A DNA stretch of 50,652 nt from Methanotrichaceae archaeon (GTDB taxonomy: Archaea > Halobacteriota > Methanosarcinia > Methanotrichales > Methanotrichaceae). The position numbers and the translations under genes were made by a program. Positions 1 to 10,714 of the stretch are shown piece after piece. The notes beneath the pieces were generated by a model. The model was given only the letters and a program-made list of their open reading frames with translations, was not told where the DNA came from and searched no databases. Within the stretch, counting starts at the first letter, position 1. Every line of letters starts with the position of its first letter. The stretch spans positions 1 through 50,652 of the forward strand of contig CAVWIG010000032.1 in the NCBI GenBank assembly GCA_963754945.1, written 5' to 3'.

Positions 1-479
1 CCTGATCAGCGACGACGTGCCACCCACATCAACTATTCCGCATGCAGTAGGCCGAATCTAACCTAGACAACCCTTAGCGCGCAGAGCACATCAATCTTGG
101 CGAAAGGACCGTCAAAATCGAGCATCTTGTTACGCTTTTCTTTGCCACCCATCGATCCTATTTTGGAGGGCCATTCAATAGGATTTTGCGCTGCATATTC
201 AGGCTGGAATGATATGGCCATTGATGAAACGCACGGAGACCGATGGGCCAGTAGAGCTAGGCGATAGCGTTATTTATCACCTAGGTGCATTTACCATCTG
301 TCAGTTTGTCTCGACAGCAGCGCTTGCGCATTTTGGCTCTTTGTAGGTCACAGAACACCTACAAGTAGATAATTATAACTACTTGTGCATAATTTTCTAA
401 TTGGAGTTAATAAGAAAAATAGCCGATGCATTGGCATGGATATGACCGGTTGGGAAAATTGTAGGTGGCACACGCGGCG

Positions 480-1098
480 CTATTCAGGTTATTAGACGTG
501 AAAATAATAGACGCTTTCTCGTATCTCCTAGAGATCAACTGGAAGAAACAGTGTGCGCCCAACTAGTCAAACGGTAGATAGCCTATCTCATCAATGATCA
601 AGAGCTGAAACTTCGATAGCCCTCGAATCTTGTCCTCTAACTTTTTCTCCTTCTCCGCCTTAGCGAGACGTTCAACCAGGATAGGCGCGTTAACGAAATT
701 CACTCTGAATCCCGCTTTGGCAGCCTCGATTCCCAAAGCGATAGCTAGATGAGTCTTCCCTACACCTGGAGGTCCCAGGAAAACAACATTCTCGGCATTA
801 TGGATAAACTTCAGAGAGGCTATCTCTTTAATCGATGCTTTGTCGATAGATAGTTGGAACTGAAATCGAAATCTTCTAGCCTCTTTTCCACGGGAAATCC
901 CGTTAGTCTCATCCTAAGTTCGAGAAAGCGAACCTCTTTGCTCTGAATCTCCTGTCCTACTAGATAATCCAGGATCTCAATAATGGATTTGCTGTCTTTG
1001 GCTGCCATCTCCAGGTAATTGTCCAGGATTGACTCGAATGTGATGAGATCCAGGAGCTTGAGATTATGGTGAAGACGCTCGTATTCCAGCTGACTCAC
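480..1098 (-). pseudogene. istB: IS21-family helper ATPase IstB, frameshifted and truncated
   Basis: N-terminal ORF (...FPVEKRLEDFDF) continues after a frameshift into Walker A GPPGVGKTHLA and Walker B LLIIDEIGYLP; internal stop; left boundary approximate. Confidence 0.85.
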
Positions 1099-2289
1099 TT
1101 TCTAACCCCCTCGCTGAAGGAATCGTAGATCGATAGTGCTCTTTGTTCTACCTCCGGCTCGATGAACTTGAAACTTGGAGAGCACTTTGCTCTTGGAATA
1201 GAGTTCTGCTTTAAGATCTCAGATAACAGCCCTTGAAAGTGTTCCTTGTTTCTGGAAATCTTACCATGACCTTGATGAATCTCATGGGTACAGATCACCT
1301 CTCTGCCGACGACAATGGTGAGTGTTTTATCCGAGATCTGCAATAAGCAGTTCCTTCCTGCAAATCGATAAGGAACTGAATAGCGATTACCCAGATAAGA
1401 GACATATGAATCTCGTGATATCTTCCGATTCTCTTCCCGGATGTTATGGTAAGGCAAAGCTGCATCATAATCTCTGAGCCCTTCATCCTTAAGTCGTTCC
1501 AGGGGTGCCTCGTAGTAGTGTTGTGAATGGCTGAGTTCACCCGAGCTAACCAGTTTTGAGCTTGGAGGTTAAGATCAGAGAAAGAACTAAATTCACTTCC
1601 CAGGAGGAGATCTCTCTTCACAAAACCTACGCTATTCTCGATCTTGCCTTTTGTTTGCGGACGATAAGGGACGACAGAGTCGGGGGATAAAACCGTAATA
1701 GCTGAAGAAATCTTCGAATGCAGCGTTCCAAATCGAATCTGATGAGATGGGCGCTCTCTTGAGTACGATCTGCTTCATGTTGTCATAGAGAGAATCTCTT
1801 TGGTGTAGCCACCGAAATAACGAAATGCGTTCAAGTGACACTGAATCAGGGTGTGGACATCTGTATGCAGCGTGAACTCGATGTACCTCATCCGAGAATA
1901 TCCGAGCACCATGACAAAACAGTAGAGCTTCCGTGATTTGCCGTCGATCTCGATGCGACCGCATTCTGCCCAGTCTACCTGAGATTGGACTCCGGGTTTG
2001 GTCTCGTATCTGTATATGGCAGAGACTCCGACTTTTGGTCGTACGTCTCTCTACAAAATCCTTTACGATTGTGTATTTGCCGGTAAATCCTTTCTCTTGA
2101 ATCTCGCGATAAATGCGCTTGGCAGAGAGCGGATATTCCTGAAGCCTACTGAGAATGTATTCTCGATAACCATCCAGCTTGCCGGGCTTCTTTGATCTTT
2201 CCTAGGGATGAAGGCGGAACTTGAGAGCAAAGGTATTTCCTAACCGTTCCACGGCTGTGTCCTGTTCTTCTGGCGATCTCGCTGATGCT
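1095..2289 (-). pseudogene. istA: IS21-family transposase IstA, multiple frameshifts, 5' end interrupted by an IS5-family element
   Basis: Fragments SISEIARRTGHSRGTVRKYL (HTH), YDNMKQIV, GFIPRLCRP, RKISRDSYVSYLGNRYSVPY; overlaps the istB start. Confidence 0.85.
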
Positions 2290-3277
2290 TGCTGTGTTGC
2301 AGAAGCTATAAATAGTTTAAATATAAATATTATGTTATGACCTATATCGACCAACGAAATTGGCCTGAATATAACGCTCAGCTCGTAAGAAGAGGCGAAT
2401 TCTATCTTGACCTGCAATGCGTGAAAAATTGGAATAGCGAACTGAGGAAAATGAACCGCAAAAAATCGGGCGCTCCATTTAAATATCCCAATACATTTAT
2501 AATTTTTGTTGCGGTGATCTATTCCTTTTTGCGAATGCCATACCGTCAGATAGAAGGATTTATTGGAAAGATTTCCAAATATGAACCAGGATTGGTAGCT
2601 GCAGATTATATTACGTTATTTCGACGAATCTCAAAGTTGGCTCTACAAATAACAGTTCCAGAAAACGATGCTATCGTTGCAGTTGATTCGACCGGCATAA
2701 AGGTCACAAACAGGGGTGATTGGATTCGCGAAAAGCATGGAACGACTCGCAAAGGCTGGCTAAAAGTGCATGTAGCTGTTGATGTCGAAATGAAGAAGCT
2801 CCTATCGATTGAGGCTACCGAGAGGGATTCAGATAGTGAGATGTTCGCCCTTTCCTGAAAGAGATTGATGTAAGAGAGGGACTGATGGATGGTGCATATG
2901 ATACCAACGATGCCTTCAATCTGCTAGCTGAGAAAGGTGTGGAATGTCCCGGAATGGAGATCTAGGGAAAATGCCGTAGTTGGCGATGAGCCCTCACCAA
3001 GGTCAAATGCTGTTCTCGAATTCAAGAAAAACGGATACCAAGCCTGGAAGCAAATGCACCAATATGGGCGAAGATGGGCAGTCGAAGGTTTATTCTCTTC
3101 TGTCAAGCGGATTTTTGGGGAGACCGTGAGAGCATCTTCAACCGATGGAATGATTTCGGAAATTCAAAGGGCTTTCATTTTTTATAATATAATTATTAGT
3201 GTATAGATGATTGCAATAGACTAAACTGGGAATTACTTAATGAGAATAATTATAATATACAATTATGCAACACAGCA
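2290..3277 (+). mobile_element. IS5-family (IS903-like) insertion sequence with frameshifted transposase
   Basis: 12-bp terminal inverted repeats TGCTGTGTTGCA (2290-2301) / TGCAACACAGCA (3266-3277); ORFs 2337-2858 (RNWPEYNAQLVRRG, AVDSTGIK, WLKVH) and 2937-3206 (YGRRWAVEGLFSSVKRIFGE). Confidence 0.85.
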
Positions 3278-3616
3278 TCTAACTCTTGTATCAATGCATC
3301 ATGCATAGGCGCTGTATATTTGCCTGCATATGTGTCGGAATAATGCGAAGATATCTCTTCAAAATGGGTTTTTGTTTCTTCTTTATATTTTTGTGAATTA
3401 TGTTCTTCCATTCTAGTTTCACGCCCAAAGTTCTTGAGATCTGATGAGGTAGCCCAATATATTCTTGCAATGGAAATATACCTTTCCGCCTAGATTCTAG
3501 GTTAGTCGGGAATAAATTAGCAGATTCGTAGCTATATGTAAAATAGGCGAGTGCAAAGAGATAAAGGAAAGTTACGTATCATGGTTGGAATAGCATTAGA
3601 CTGCGCCACTGCCTGG

Positions 3617-3890
3617 TCACTTCAAGGATTCTGCGATCTCCCTTAGCGCCTCCATCATGCTCTTGGCCCACAGGCATCTTCGGCTTCTCCTCTCTCACCT
3701 GCGCAACCTCTCCTTTCATCTTGGATGTAATCAGGGCCTCAATCCGTTCCTTGTAGCCGTCATGGTACACTGTGAGGTCCAAGTTTCCTTCGTCATCTTG
3801 TCCACGATCTTGGTCATCATGGACAGCTCCTCCTCGCCAGCCTCGGGCAGATCCTTTAGCTCTGCAAAGTGCGATGGGATTGGCCTCACT
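3617..3890 (-). pseudogene. 3' remnant of a Ku (NHEJ end-binding) gene
   Basis: Across two frameshifts reads ELKDLPEAGEEELSMMTKIVDKMT / NLDLTVYHDGYKERIEALITSKMKGE / AKSMMEALREIAESLK*, resembling the C-terminal part of prokaryotic Ku. Confidence 0.7.
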
Positions 3891-4014
3891 GAAATGTTGA
3901 CCGAAAGACAGGCAAATTCGGATACAGTAACTCTGAACCATCTTTCTTCAAGAGACTCATCGTTTCAAACAATGACTTATACTGGCAGCTTCCTCACCTA
4001 GTGGAGGGAGATAA

Positions 4015-5910
4015 TTGGCGGACCCTAGCTCAATAGTAAAGGTCGATTCTATTCAGACATGGAACCTGGCCCTTCAAGAAATCAGAGTACATAGAATCTG
4101 CGGTCTGGACATGGAGACTGATGGCCTGGACCCCCTGGCCTCGAAGATCCGGCTAGTCCGACTGGTGCTTCCCAATGGCTGCGTTTACGTGGCAGATATT
4201 TTCAATCCAGGAAAGGAGATCGCTAATGATCTGGCTGTACTAATGGAAGATAGCCAGGTAAAGAAGGTCATTTACGATGCTAAGGTTGCGTTATCTTTCG
4301 TCCGGGCATCTCATGGACGAAGGTTGAAGTTCAAAAACATATTCGACATCATGCTTGCCTCTCAGTTATGCTGGTCGGGCTACTACGATCTGGTGCCTTC
4401 AAAATCGGCTAAGAATCCCTGGAAGAAGAGAATCGCTGACCACAGTCTCGAAGCCCTGGCGGAGAAGCATTTGGGAATCATTCTTGATAGGAGCGCCCGG
4501 ATCACTGATTGGGGAGCATTGGAGCCAACTACCGAACAGATAACCTCTGCAGCCAAGTATGCCGAGGTACTTCTGCCACTACACGCCGTTCTGCAGGAGC
4601 TTTTAATCAAGAATACCCTAATGAGGGTTGCAGAGCTGGAGTTCAGGACCATCTCGCCTGTAGTGGAGATGGAGCTTTCAGGCATCTACCTGGATGTCGA
4701 TGCTGCCAGAGCGTTGATACTGAAGAAGGAGGCCAGAATGGTAGAAGCATTCTTGGAACTCCAGGCTGAAGCGGAGAAGAACGGATTTGTCCCAATACCA
4801 CGGGAAGGCAGGGAGCCGAGCAGATACCTTAATCCGGATAGCCAGGAGGATGTCAAAAGATATCTTCAAACCCGGTGTTTCAATATTACCTCAACGAGAG
4901 CGGAGGTTCTCAAGGAACTGGCTATGGGCGGCAATATCTTTGCTGACAAATTGCTCTGCTACAGACAGATAAGTCACCAGCTGGCCTTTCTGAATAGCTG
5001 GTTACAGGATATTCATACTGTGGATGGCCGCATCCACCCCAAGTACTTCCAGCTCAAATCTGAGACAGGGCGCTTGAGTTCCAGAAAACCCAATGCCCAA
5101 CAGGTGCCCAAGCGTGGAGAAGACGGTCTGGCCATAAGGAGACTTTTCAAAGCTCCTCCTGGGAAGAAGCTGGTAAAGGTCGATTTTTCCTGTATAGAGC
5201 TTCGGATAATGGCCTTTCTGTCTGGTGACGAGACCATGATTAAAACCTTTCAGGCTGGACAGGATATACACAGGCTGACCGCCTCCATGATCACAGGCCA
5301 GCCTCTGGACCAGGTGACCAAGGACCAGAGGCAAGCGGCGAAGATCATAAATTTCCTGCTCATCTACGGAGGATCTGCAGAGACGCTTCAACAGCACGCC
5401 ATTTGTGATTACGGGCTGGCGATGAGCCTGGACGAGGCGAGAGAATATCAAGAAAAATATTTTGATGTTTATTCAGGCGTCAGGGAGTGGCAACGCAGGC
5501 AGGTGGAGGCGATGAACTACACCCACCAGCAATGGTTTCACGACTGCGTAAGAGGAACGTTTTGGCTGGCTCTGACCTGCACCTTTACTGCGCTCGGTCG
5601 GAGAAGGGTCTGGCCAAGGTTCGGGACCGGGATCAAGGCCTCGAAGTTCCAGGTGTTCAATACCCCCTCGCAGGGAACGGGTGCGGACCTATTGAAGATG
5701 GTGATGTGTGAGCTTTATGATAGACTCGATTCGGAGGACGCCAAGATAATAGCCTCAATTCACGATGAACTTCTGCTGGAGGTTCCAGAGGATCAGGCGG
5801 AAGAATATGCAAAGATGCTAAGCGAGATCATGAACAGGATAGGCTCCAGGATTTTGTTTCCGGTTCCAGTTATCTCGGAGGCTGAGATTTTATCATCGTG
5901 GGGAGGGTAG
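4015..5910 (+). CDS. Family A DNA polymerase (3'-5' exonuclease-like domain plus polymerase domain, no 5'-3' nuclease)
   Basis: Motif A KVDFSCIELRIMA, motif B RQAAKIINFLLIYG, motif C SIHDELLLE, plus TGRLSSRKPNAQQVP and NTPSQGTGAD; TTG start after GGAGGGAG. Confidence 0.93.
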   Translation: MADPSSIVKVDSIQTWNLALQEIRVHRICGLDMETDGLDPLASKIRLVRLVLPNGCVYVADIFNPGKEIANDLAVLMEDSQVKKVIYDAKVALSFVRASHGRRLKFKNIFDIMLASQLCWSGYYDLVPSKSAKNPWKKRIADHSLEALAEKHLGIILDRSARITDWGALEPTTEQITSAAKYAEVLLPLHAVLQELLIKNTLMRVAELEFRTISPVVEMELSGIYLDVDAARALILKKEARMVEAFLELQAEAEKNGFVPIPREGREPSRYLNPDSQEDVKRYLQTRCFNITSTRAEVLKELAMGGNIFADKLLCYRQISHQLAFLNSWLQDIHTVDGRIHPKYFQLKSETGRLSSRKPNAQQVPKRGEDGLAIRRLFKAPPGKKLVKVDFSCIELRIMAFLSGDETMIKTFQAGQDIHRLTASMITGQPLDQVTKDQRQAAKIINFLLIYGGSAETLQQHAICDYGLAMSLDEAREYQEKYFDVYSGVREWQRRQVEAMNYTHQQWFHDCVRGTFWLALTCTFTALGRRRVWPRFGTGIKASKFQVFNTPSQGTGADLLKMVMCELYDRLDSEDAKIIASIHDELLLEVPEDQAEEYAKMLSEIMNRIGSRILFPVPVISEAEILSSWGG

Positions 5911-6083
5911 TCACCAATACACCTTATGAAGACCGTGATTTTCTTTCAAGGGTTATTCTTGATTTAAGCCTAAATCCCACTGCATTGCTCACATCCAACA
6001 TGAAATGTTGTGTGCTAATTATCACAGCCTTCTCATCACTTGGTCGAAATTTTTAACTACAACACACACTGTAGCTTGGACAT

Positions 6084-6839
6084 ATGAACACATCCGGAAA
6101 TGATTCATTGCCAGATAAGGCAGTTGGCTTTAACACCTCTAGCTTATTGCAAGCAAGCTCTCACTGGGACCTCGGGCCTGAGCTTAAGCCTCCCGATGAA
6201 CTACAGCGTCTTGAATCAATCAAGGCATACATATTGCAGCATCATCACAATCAGCTCCTCATTATGATTATAGCCTTAATAATGCTCCTCGTGGGAGTTT
6301 ATTGTTGGAACGAGCTGCGCCTGCCAATACAAATCCAGAATACGACCACCTTGCCTTTTGAGAGCCCTTCCAACTGGGCCGACTGGCTGATACGCTTGCA
6401 ATCTTTTTTAAACATCCCGATTCTTCTTGTTGCCCTTTTCGTTTGGTATAGCGAAATTCGCGAAGATTGGGGGAACGATTTACCTAAGCTGATGAGTGTT
6501 TTCTTCTTTTACGAAGATCAGCCCACCATTGTATGCCGCTATGTTTGGTTAGCTGGCGCGGACGATTTGCGCGCTTGGGGACAACAGGTGGCCGCCCAAG
6601 CAGCATGTGAACGATTCCTCGACTTTAGCCCTGATCTTGAAGCAAAAGCTCCAAGCCCAGTGATCGGAACCGATGGTATTGTTTACAGGCACTACGCCTT
6701 GCGCTTTAAGCTCACAACACCGCCCCATGCGCTGACCTCAGGCATGTGCCGTTACCAAAACGTCGCAGGAGCTGATAAGAGCGTACAATCTGTCCCATTT
6801 GAGCAAGTAAGAGCACTTCCGATAATTGCGAATTGGTGA
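6084..6839 (+). CDS. Membrane protein with two hydrophobic segments and a soluble C-terminal domain; tentative Csx23-like type III membrane effector
   Basis: Hydrophobic stretches LLIMIIALIMLLVGVYCW and FLNIPILLVALFVWY followed by W-x3-LPK-x3-VFF...C...LAGADDLRAWGQQ; adjacent to the array; family assignment is from recollection only. Confidence 0.45.
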   Translation: MNTSGNDSLPDKAVGFNTSSLLQASSHWDLGPELKPPDELQRLESIKAYILQHHHNQLLIMIIALIMLLVGVYCWNELRLPIQIQNTTTLPFESPSNWADWLIRLQSFLNIPILLVALFVWYSEIREDWGNDLPKLMSVFFFYEDQPTIVCRYVWLAGADDLRAWGQQVAAQAACERFLDFSPDLEAKAPSPVIGTDGIVYRHYALRFKLTTPPHALTSGMCRYQNVAGADKSVQSVPFEQVRALPIIANW

Positions 6840-6965
6840 ATGATTATTATTTGAGTCGATCAGTTCAAGACCGCTTATTGGCAAGATGCTGAGATGAGAC
6901 CACTTATTCTTCTGATCCGATTATATCCACCGCGGTCTTAATCGGTTTCAACTATCAGATTAGAA

Positions 6966-7000
6966 GTTCCTTCTTCTCATTGAAGGAACCCGCTTTTTTT
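6966..7000 (+). terminator. Hairpin plus T-tract terminator-like element at the array trailer
   Basis: GTTCCTTC-8 nt-GAAGGAAC, then CCGC and T7; overlaps the decayed terminal repeat. Confidence 0.5.
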
Positions 7001-7015
7001 CATCAAAATGGATAG
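6975..7015 (-). repeat. Degenerate terminal (trailer) CRISPR repeat
   Basis: Ends ...TTTCATCAAAATGGATAG like the consensus ...TTTCAGAAATGGATAG; 42 nt (one spacer length) from the first intact repeat. Confidence 0.7.
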
Positions 7016-7057
7016 AATAGAACAGTACCGACGATGTATCGAAGAAAATAAAAGGCG

Positions 7058-10000
7058 GTTTCAATGGAGCCACTTCCTTTCAGAAATGGATAGAATAGAA
7101 ACGAAGGGCAGGCAGTTTATTGTCGAGGGGTTTCAATGGAGCCACTTCCTTTCAGAAATGGATAGGTAAAAATGTACTTCTGTGGGGCCCCGGTGGACAT
7201 GGTAGTTTCAATGGAGCCACTTCCTTTCAGAAATGGATAGATGACGAAGCTCTTAGCGCTGGCTTCAGCGTAACGGCTGTTTCAATGGAGCCACTTCCTT
7301 TCAGAAATGGATAGCTCGATGGCGCTGGTTTGGAAACATTTAAAAAGATTGGGGTTTCAATGGAGCCACTTCCTTTCAGAAATGGATAGAATGAATGGAT
7401 CGCAGGCCTTTATTGATCTGTTTGGTTTCAATGGAGCCACTTCCTTTCAGAAATGGATAGATCGTCAGCGCACCTTGCGTCGGCGATATAAACATGAGCG
7501 TTTCAATGGAGCCACTTCCTTTCAGAAATGGATAGCGCAATCTGCGGCGGACAGTAGGAGGGTATGACTATGTTTCAATGGAGCCACTTCCTTTCAGAAA
7601 TGGATAGGTTCCTAAAATCGCTGTAACTATGCCGCAAGCCGCGATGTTTCAATGGAGCCACTTCCTTTCAGAAATGGATAGGCTGGGATAGCTGCAACCT
7701 CGGCAATGGAGGATAAAGTTTCAATGGAGCCACTTCCTTTCAGAAATGGATAGGTTCCTAAAATCGCTGTAACTATGCCGCAAGCCGCGATGTTTCAATG
7801 GAGCCACTTCCTTTCAGAAATGGATAGATGAGGGAGAAGTTCAAGGCCGCAGTTGGGCTAAACAAGTTTCAATGGAGCCACTTCCTTTCAGAAATGGATA
7901 GCTATTTGTCCTGATGCACTCGCCGTCAAGGCTCCAAAGTTTCAATGGAGCCACTTCCTTTCAGAAATGGATAGCACAGTCAAGGTGTACGACACGGGTC
8001 GCGAGAGGCTGTTTCAATGGAGCCACTTCCTTTCAGAAATGGATAGCTTAAGCCTGGGGTGACAAAAAACATATCGTTTGAACGCGTTTCAATGGAGCCA
8101 CTTCCTTTCAGAAATGGATAGCTTGCCCCAGCAACTTATCCGTTCTTGCCTTTTAAGCAGTTTCAATGGAGCCACTTCCTTTCAGAAATGGATAGAGACT
8201 CAGGAATTGATATTTGAAGCTCCGGGTGCGGTGTTTCAATGGAGCCACTTCCTTTCAGAAATGGATAGGAAAGACTGCCTCGATCTTCTTAACAGTCAAA
8301 GGGGGTTTCAATGGAGCCACTTCCTTTCAGAAATGGATAGGACACTCACGAAGTCTCGGAAAGAGGGAGCTATGACTGTTTCAATGGAGCCACTTCCTTT
8401 CAGAAATGGATAGATCGCCATAGCGATCAAAGACAGCATTGATTATGTTTACGTTTCAATGGAGCCACTTCCTTTCAGAAATGGATAGGGGCCACAGGGT
8501 GATCAGGCTTGACGTATACGATTGGATGTTTCAATGGAGCCACTTCCTTTCAGAAATGGATAGACGCATCGGTGGTGACAAGGACGCGAGAATGCCCGGA
8601 CTGCAGTTTCAATGGAGCCACTTCCTTTCAGAAATGGATAGATGTTTCGCTGTGCAGCGACAGCAAGACATAACGAGTTTCAATGGAGCCACTTCCTTTC
8701 AGAAATGGATAGGATTATTTGCACCGTCGTTTACATAGCAATTAAATCGTTTCAATGGAGCCACTTCCTTTCAGAAATGGATAGCTGGGGTCAGTGGAGA
8801 CATCGTTGAGCAACTATCAAGGTTTCAATGGAGCCACTTCCTTTCAGAAATGGATAGATGAATGGAAGATGAATTACCTGCTATCCTCGAGGTGTTTCAA
8901 TGGAGCCACTTCCTTTCAGAAATGGATAGGTAAGTCCGCCAACGACTAACCATTACCAAATATTGGGTTTCAATGGAGCCACTTCCTTTCAGAAATGGAT
9001 AGTCGTTATATATCCATGACGGTGGCTTATGGTAAGGGGTTTCAATGGAGCCACTTCCTTTCAGAAATGGATAGACATTGTGATGTTGTGCGCTCGGTCG
9101 GATGGAGTATGTTTCAATGGAGCCACTTCCTTTCAGAAATGGATAGAAGGTGGATTGTGGGACTACCTTATGACCCCGCCCGGGTTTCAATGGAGCCACT
9201 TCCTTTCAGAAATGGATAGGGGGCACTTCAGGATCAACATGCGACCGATATTGTTGTTTCAATGGAGCCACTTCCTTTCAGAAATGGATAGCTGTGTGAA
9301 GGAGGGTGGCATGGACCAGCGGTGGAGCGTTTCAATGGAGCCACTTCCTTTCAGAAATGGATAGGAACAAGAGTCTCCAGCTCTTCCTGGATCTATCGCA
9401 GTGTTTCAATGGAGCCACTTCCTTTCAGAAATGGATAGGCTGGCCGAACAGAGATCCCTTGATTAATAGAGCTTTGTTTCAATGGAGCCACTTCCTTTCA
9501 GAAATGGATAGCTGGCAGGTTGGATTGCGAAGCATGCGAACTTATGAAGTTTCAATGGAGCCACTTCCTTTCAGAAATGGATAGAGTTTAACAGCCTGAA
9601 CGAGTCTTATGCTAGTATTCTGTTTCAATGGAGCCACTTCCTTTCAGAAATGGATAGATCCAAAGGAAACTGTGTAATAGCGGATTGTGGTGTTTCAATG
9701 GAGCCACTTCCTTTCAGAAATGGATAGATCCTTTCTGGACTCGATAGAACGGCTAACGCCTCAAAGTTTCAATGGAGCCACTTCCTTTCAGAAATGGATA
9801 GAGTTTAGTTGGTGATCAGGGATTGAAGCCTACGTTGTTTCAATGGAGCCACTTCCTTTCAGAAATGGATAGGAAAGATGCCTTGGCTGGCTTTGCTTAA
9901 GCGCACGCGTTTCAATGGAGCCACTTCCTTTCAGAAATGGATAGACGGTTGTATGGATAGTCTCGGCTGACGAGTATTGTTTCAATGGAGCCACTTCCTT

Positions 10001-10162
10001 TCAGAAATGGATAGTGCAATATTTGATTATAATACGATGTAATCTCACTCGAGTTTCAATGGAGCCACTTCCTTTCAGAAATGGATAGGCGATTGCGCTT
10101 TTATAGCTGAGACTTAAAGTCACATCGTTTCAATGGAGCCACTTCCTTTCAGAAATGGATAG
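7058..10162 (-). CRISPR. CRISPR array: 43 copies of a 36-bp repeat, 42 spacers of about 34-42 bp
   Basis: Plus-strand repeat GTTTCAATGGAGCCACTTCCTTTCAGAAATGGATAG; the reverse complement ends in canonical ATTGAAAC; degenerate repeat at left and leader/cas2 at right give minus-strand transcription. Confidence 0.99.
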
Positions 10163-10411
10163 AGCGGCCATTTTAAGGCCCTTACTGCTATCGGAAAAAA
10201 TCCGATTTGCGAGCGTTCCGTTAACCATACAATCATTTTATGAGTGTTTGGCACTTGGAAAACAACAATTCGATATGCAGATACTTTGCGAGCATACCGT
10301 TAACTATATGCAAGTTTTTTTGAAGTGCGTATGTCGTCTCAGGAGTTTTCGTAATACTGGCCTTCTGATAGCCCATCTACCTCCTGGACCCACTGACACG
10401 TCGGTGCGACT
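10163..10411 (-). promoter_or_regulatory. CRISPR leader
   Basis: Non-coding interval between the cas2 stop and the first repeat; contains a 24-bp imperfect direct repeat (10206-10229, 10285-10308). Confidence 0.8.
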
Positions 10412-10708
10412 TCATACTATAATAAACTTATCTTCTTTATCCTCATGGTGTACGCCCAGAAATTCTATCCTATCATCGGCTCCTCCTTCCGTAGGACCCA
10501 TATCAATGATCATTATGCGATCTTCATCGACCTTGATCAGCTCACTAAGAATTGCCACCATCTCTACCCGGCTCTTCGGAGTGAGATCGCAGCGAAAAAC
10601 GGAATAATGGACCGGCTGGCCGAACCCTTTCATAGCAGTATGAACTCTGCACAGCCTCTTTCTGTCCATAATATCATAGCTAACTACATAACAATTCAGT
10701 CCGCTCAT
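10412..10708 (-). CDS. cas2: CRISPR-associated endoribonuclease Cas2
   Basis: YVVSYDIMDRKRL...GFGQPVHYSVFRCDL; directly downstream of cas1. Confidence 0.97.
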   Translation of the reverse strand: MSGLNCYVVSYDIMDRKRLCRVHTAMKGFGQPVHYSVFRCDLTPKSRVEMVAILSELIKVDEDRIMIIDMGPTEGGADDRIEFLGVHHEDKEDKFIIV

Positions 10709-10714
10709 GCATCC

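Noticed and set aside
1-470. Left-end sequence as a gene or IS21 terminus
   Set aside because: No recognisable ORF or inverted repeat
6894-6915. Possible further-decayed repeat ATGAGACCACTTATTCTCTGA
   Set aside because: Only about 14 of 21 matches and no conserved ends
7058-10162. Self-targeting spacers within the window
   Set aside because: None seen by eye; an alignment is needed to exclude them
7120-10607. ORFs containing FQWSHFLSEMD / FNGATSFQKWI
   Set aside because: Translations of the CRISPR repeat and leader, not genes
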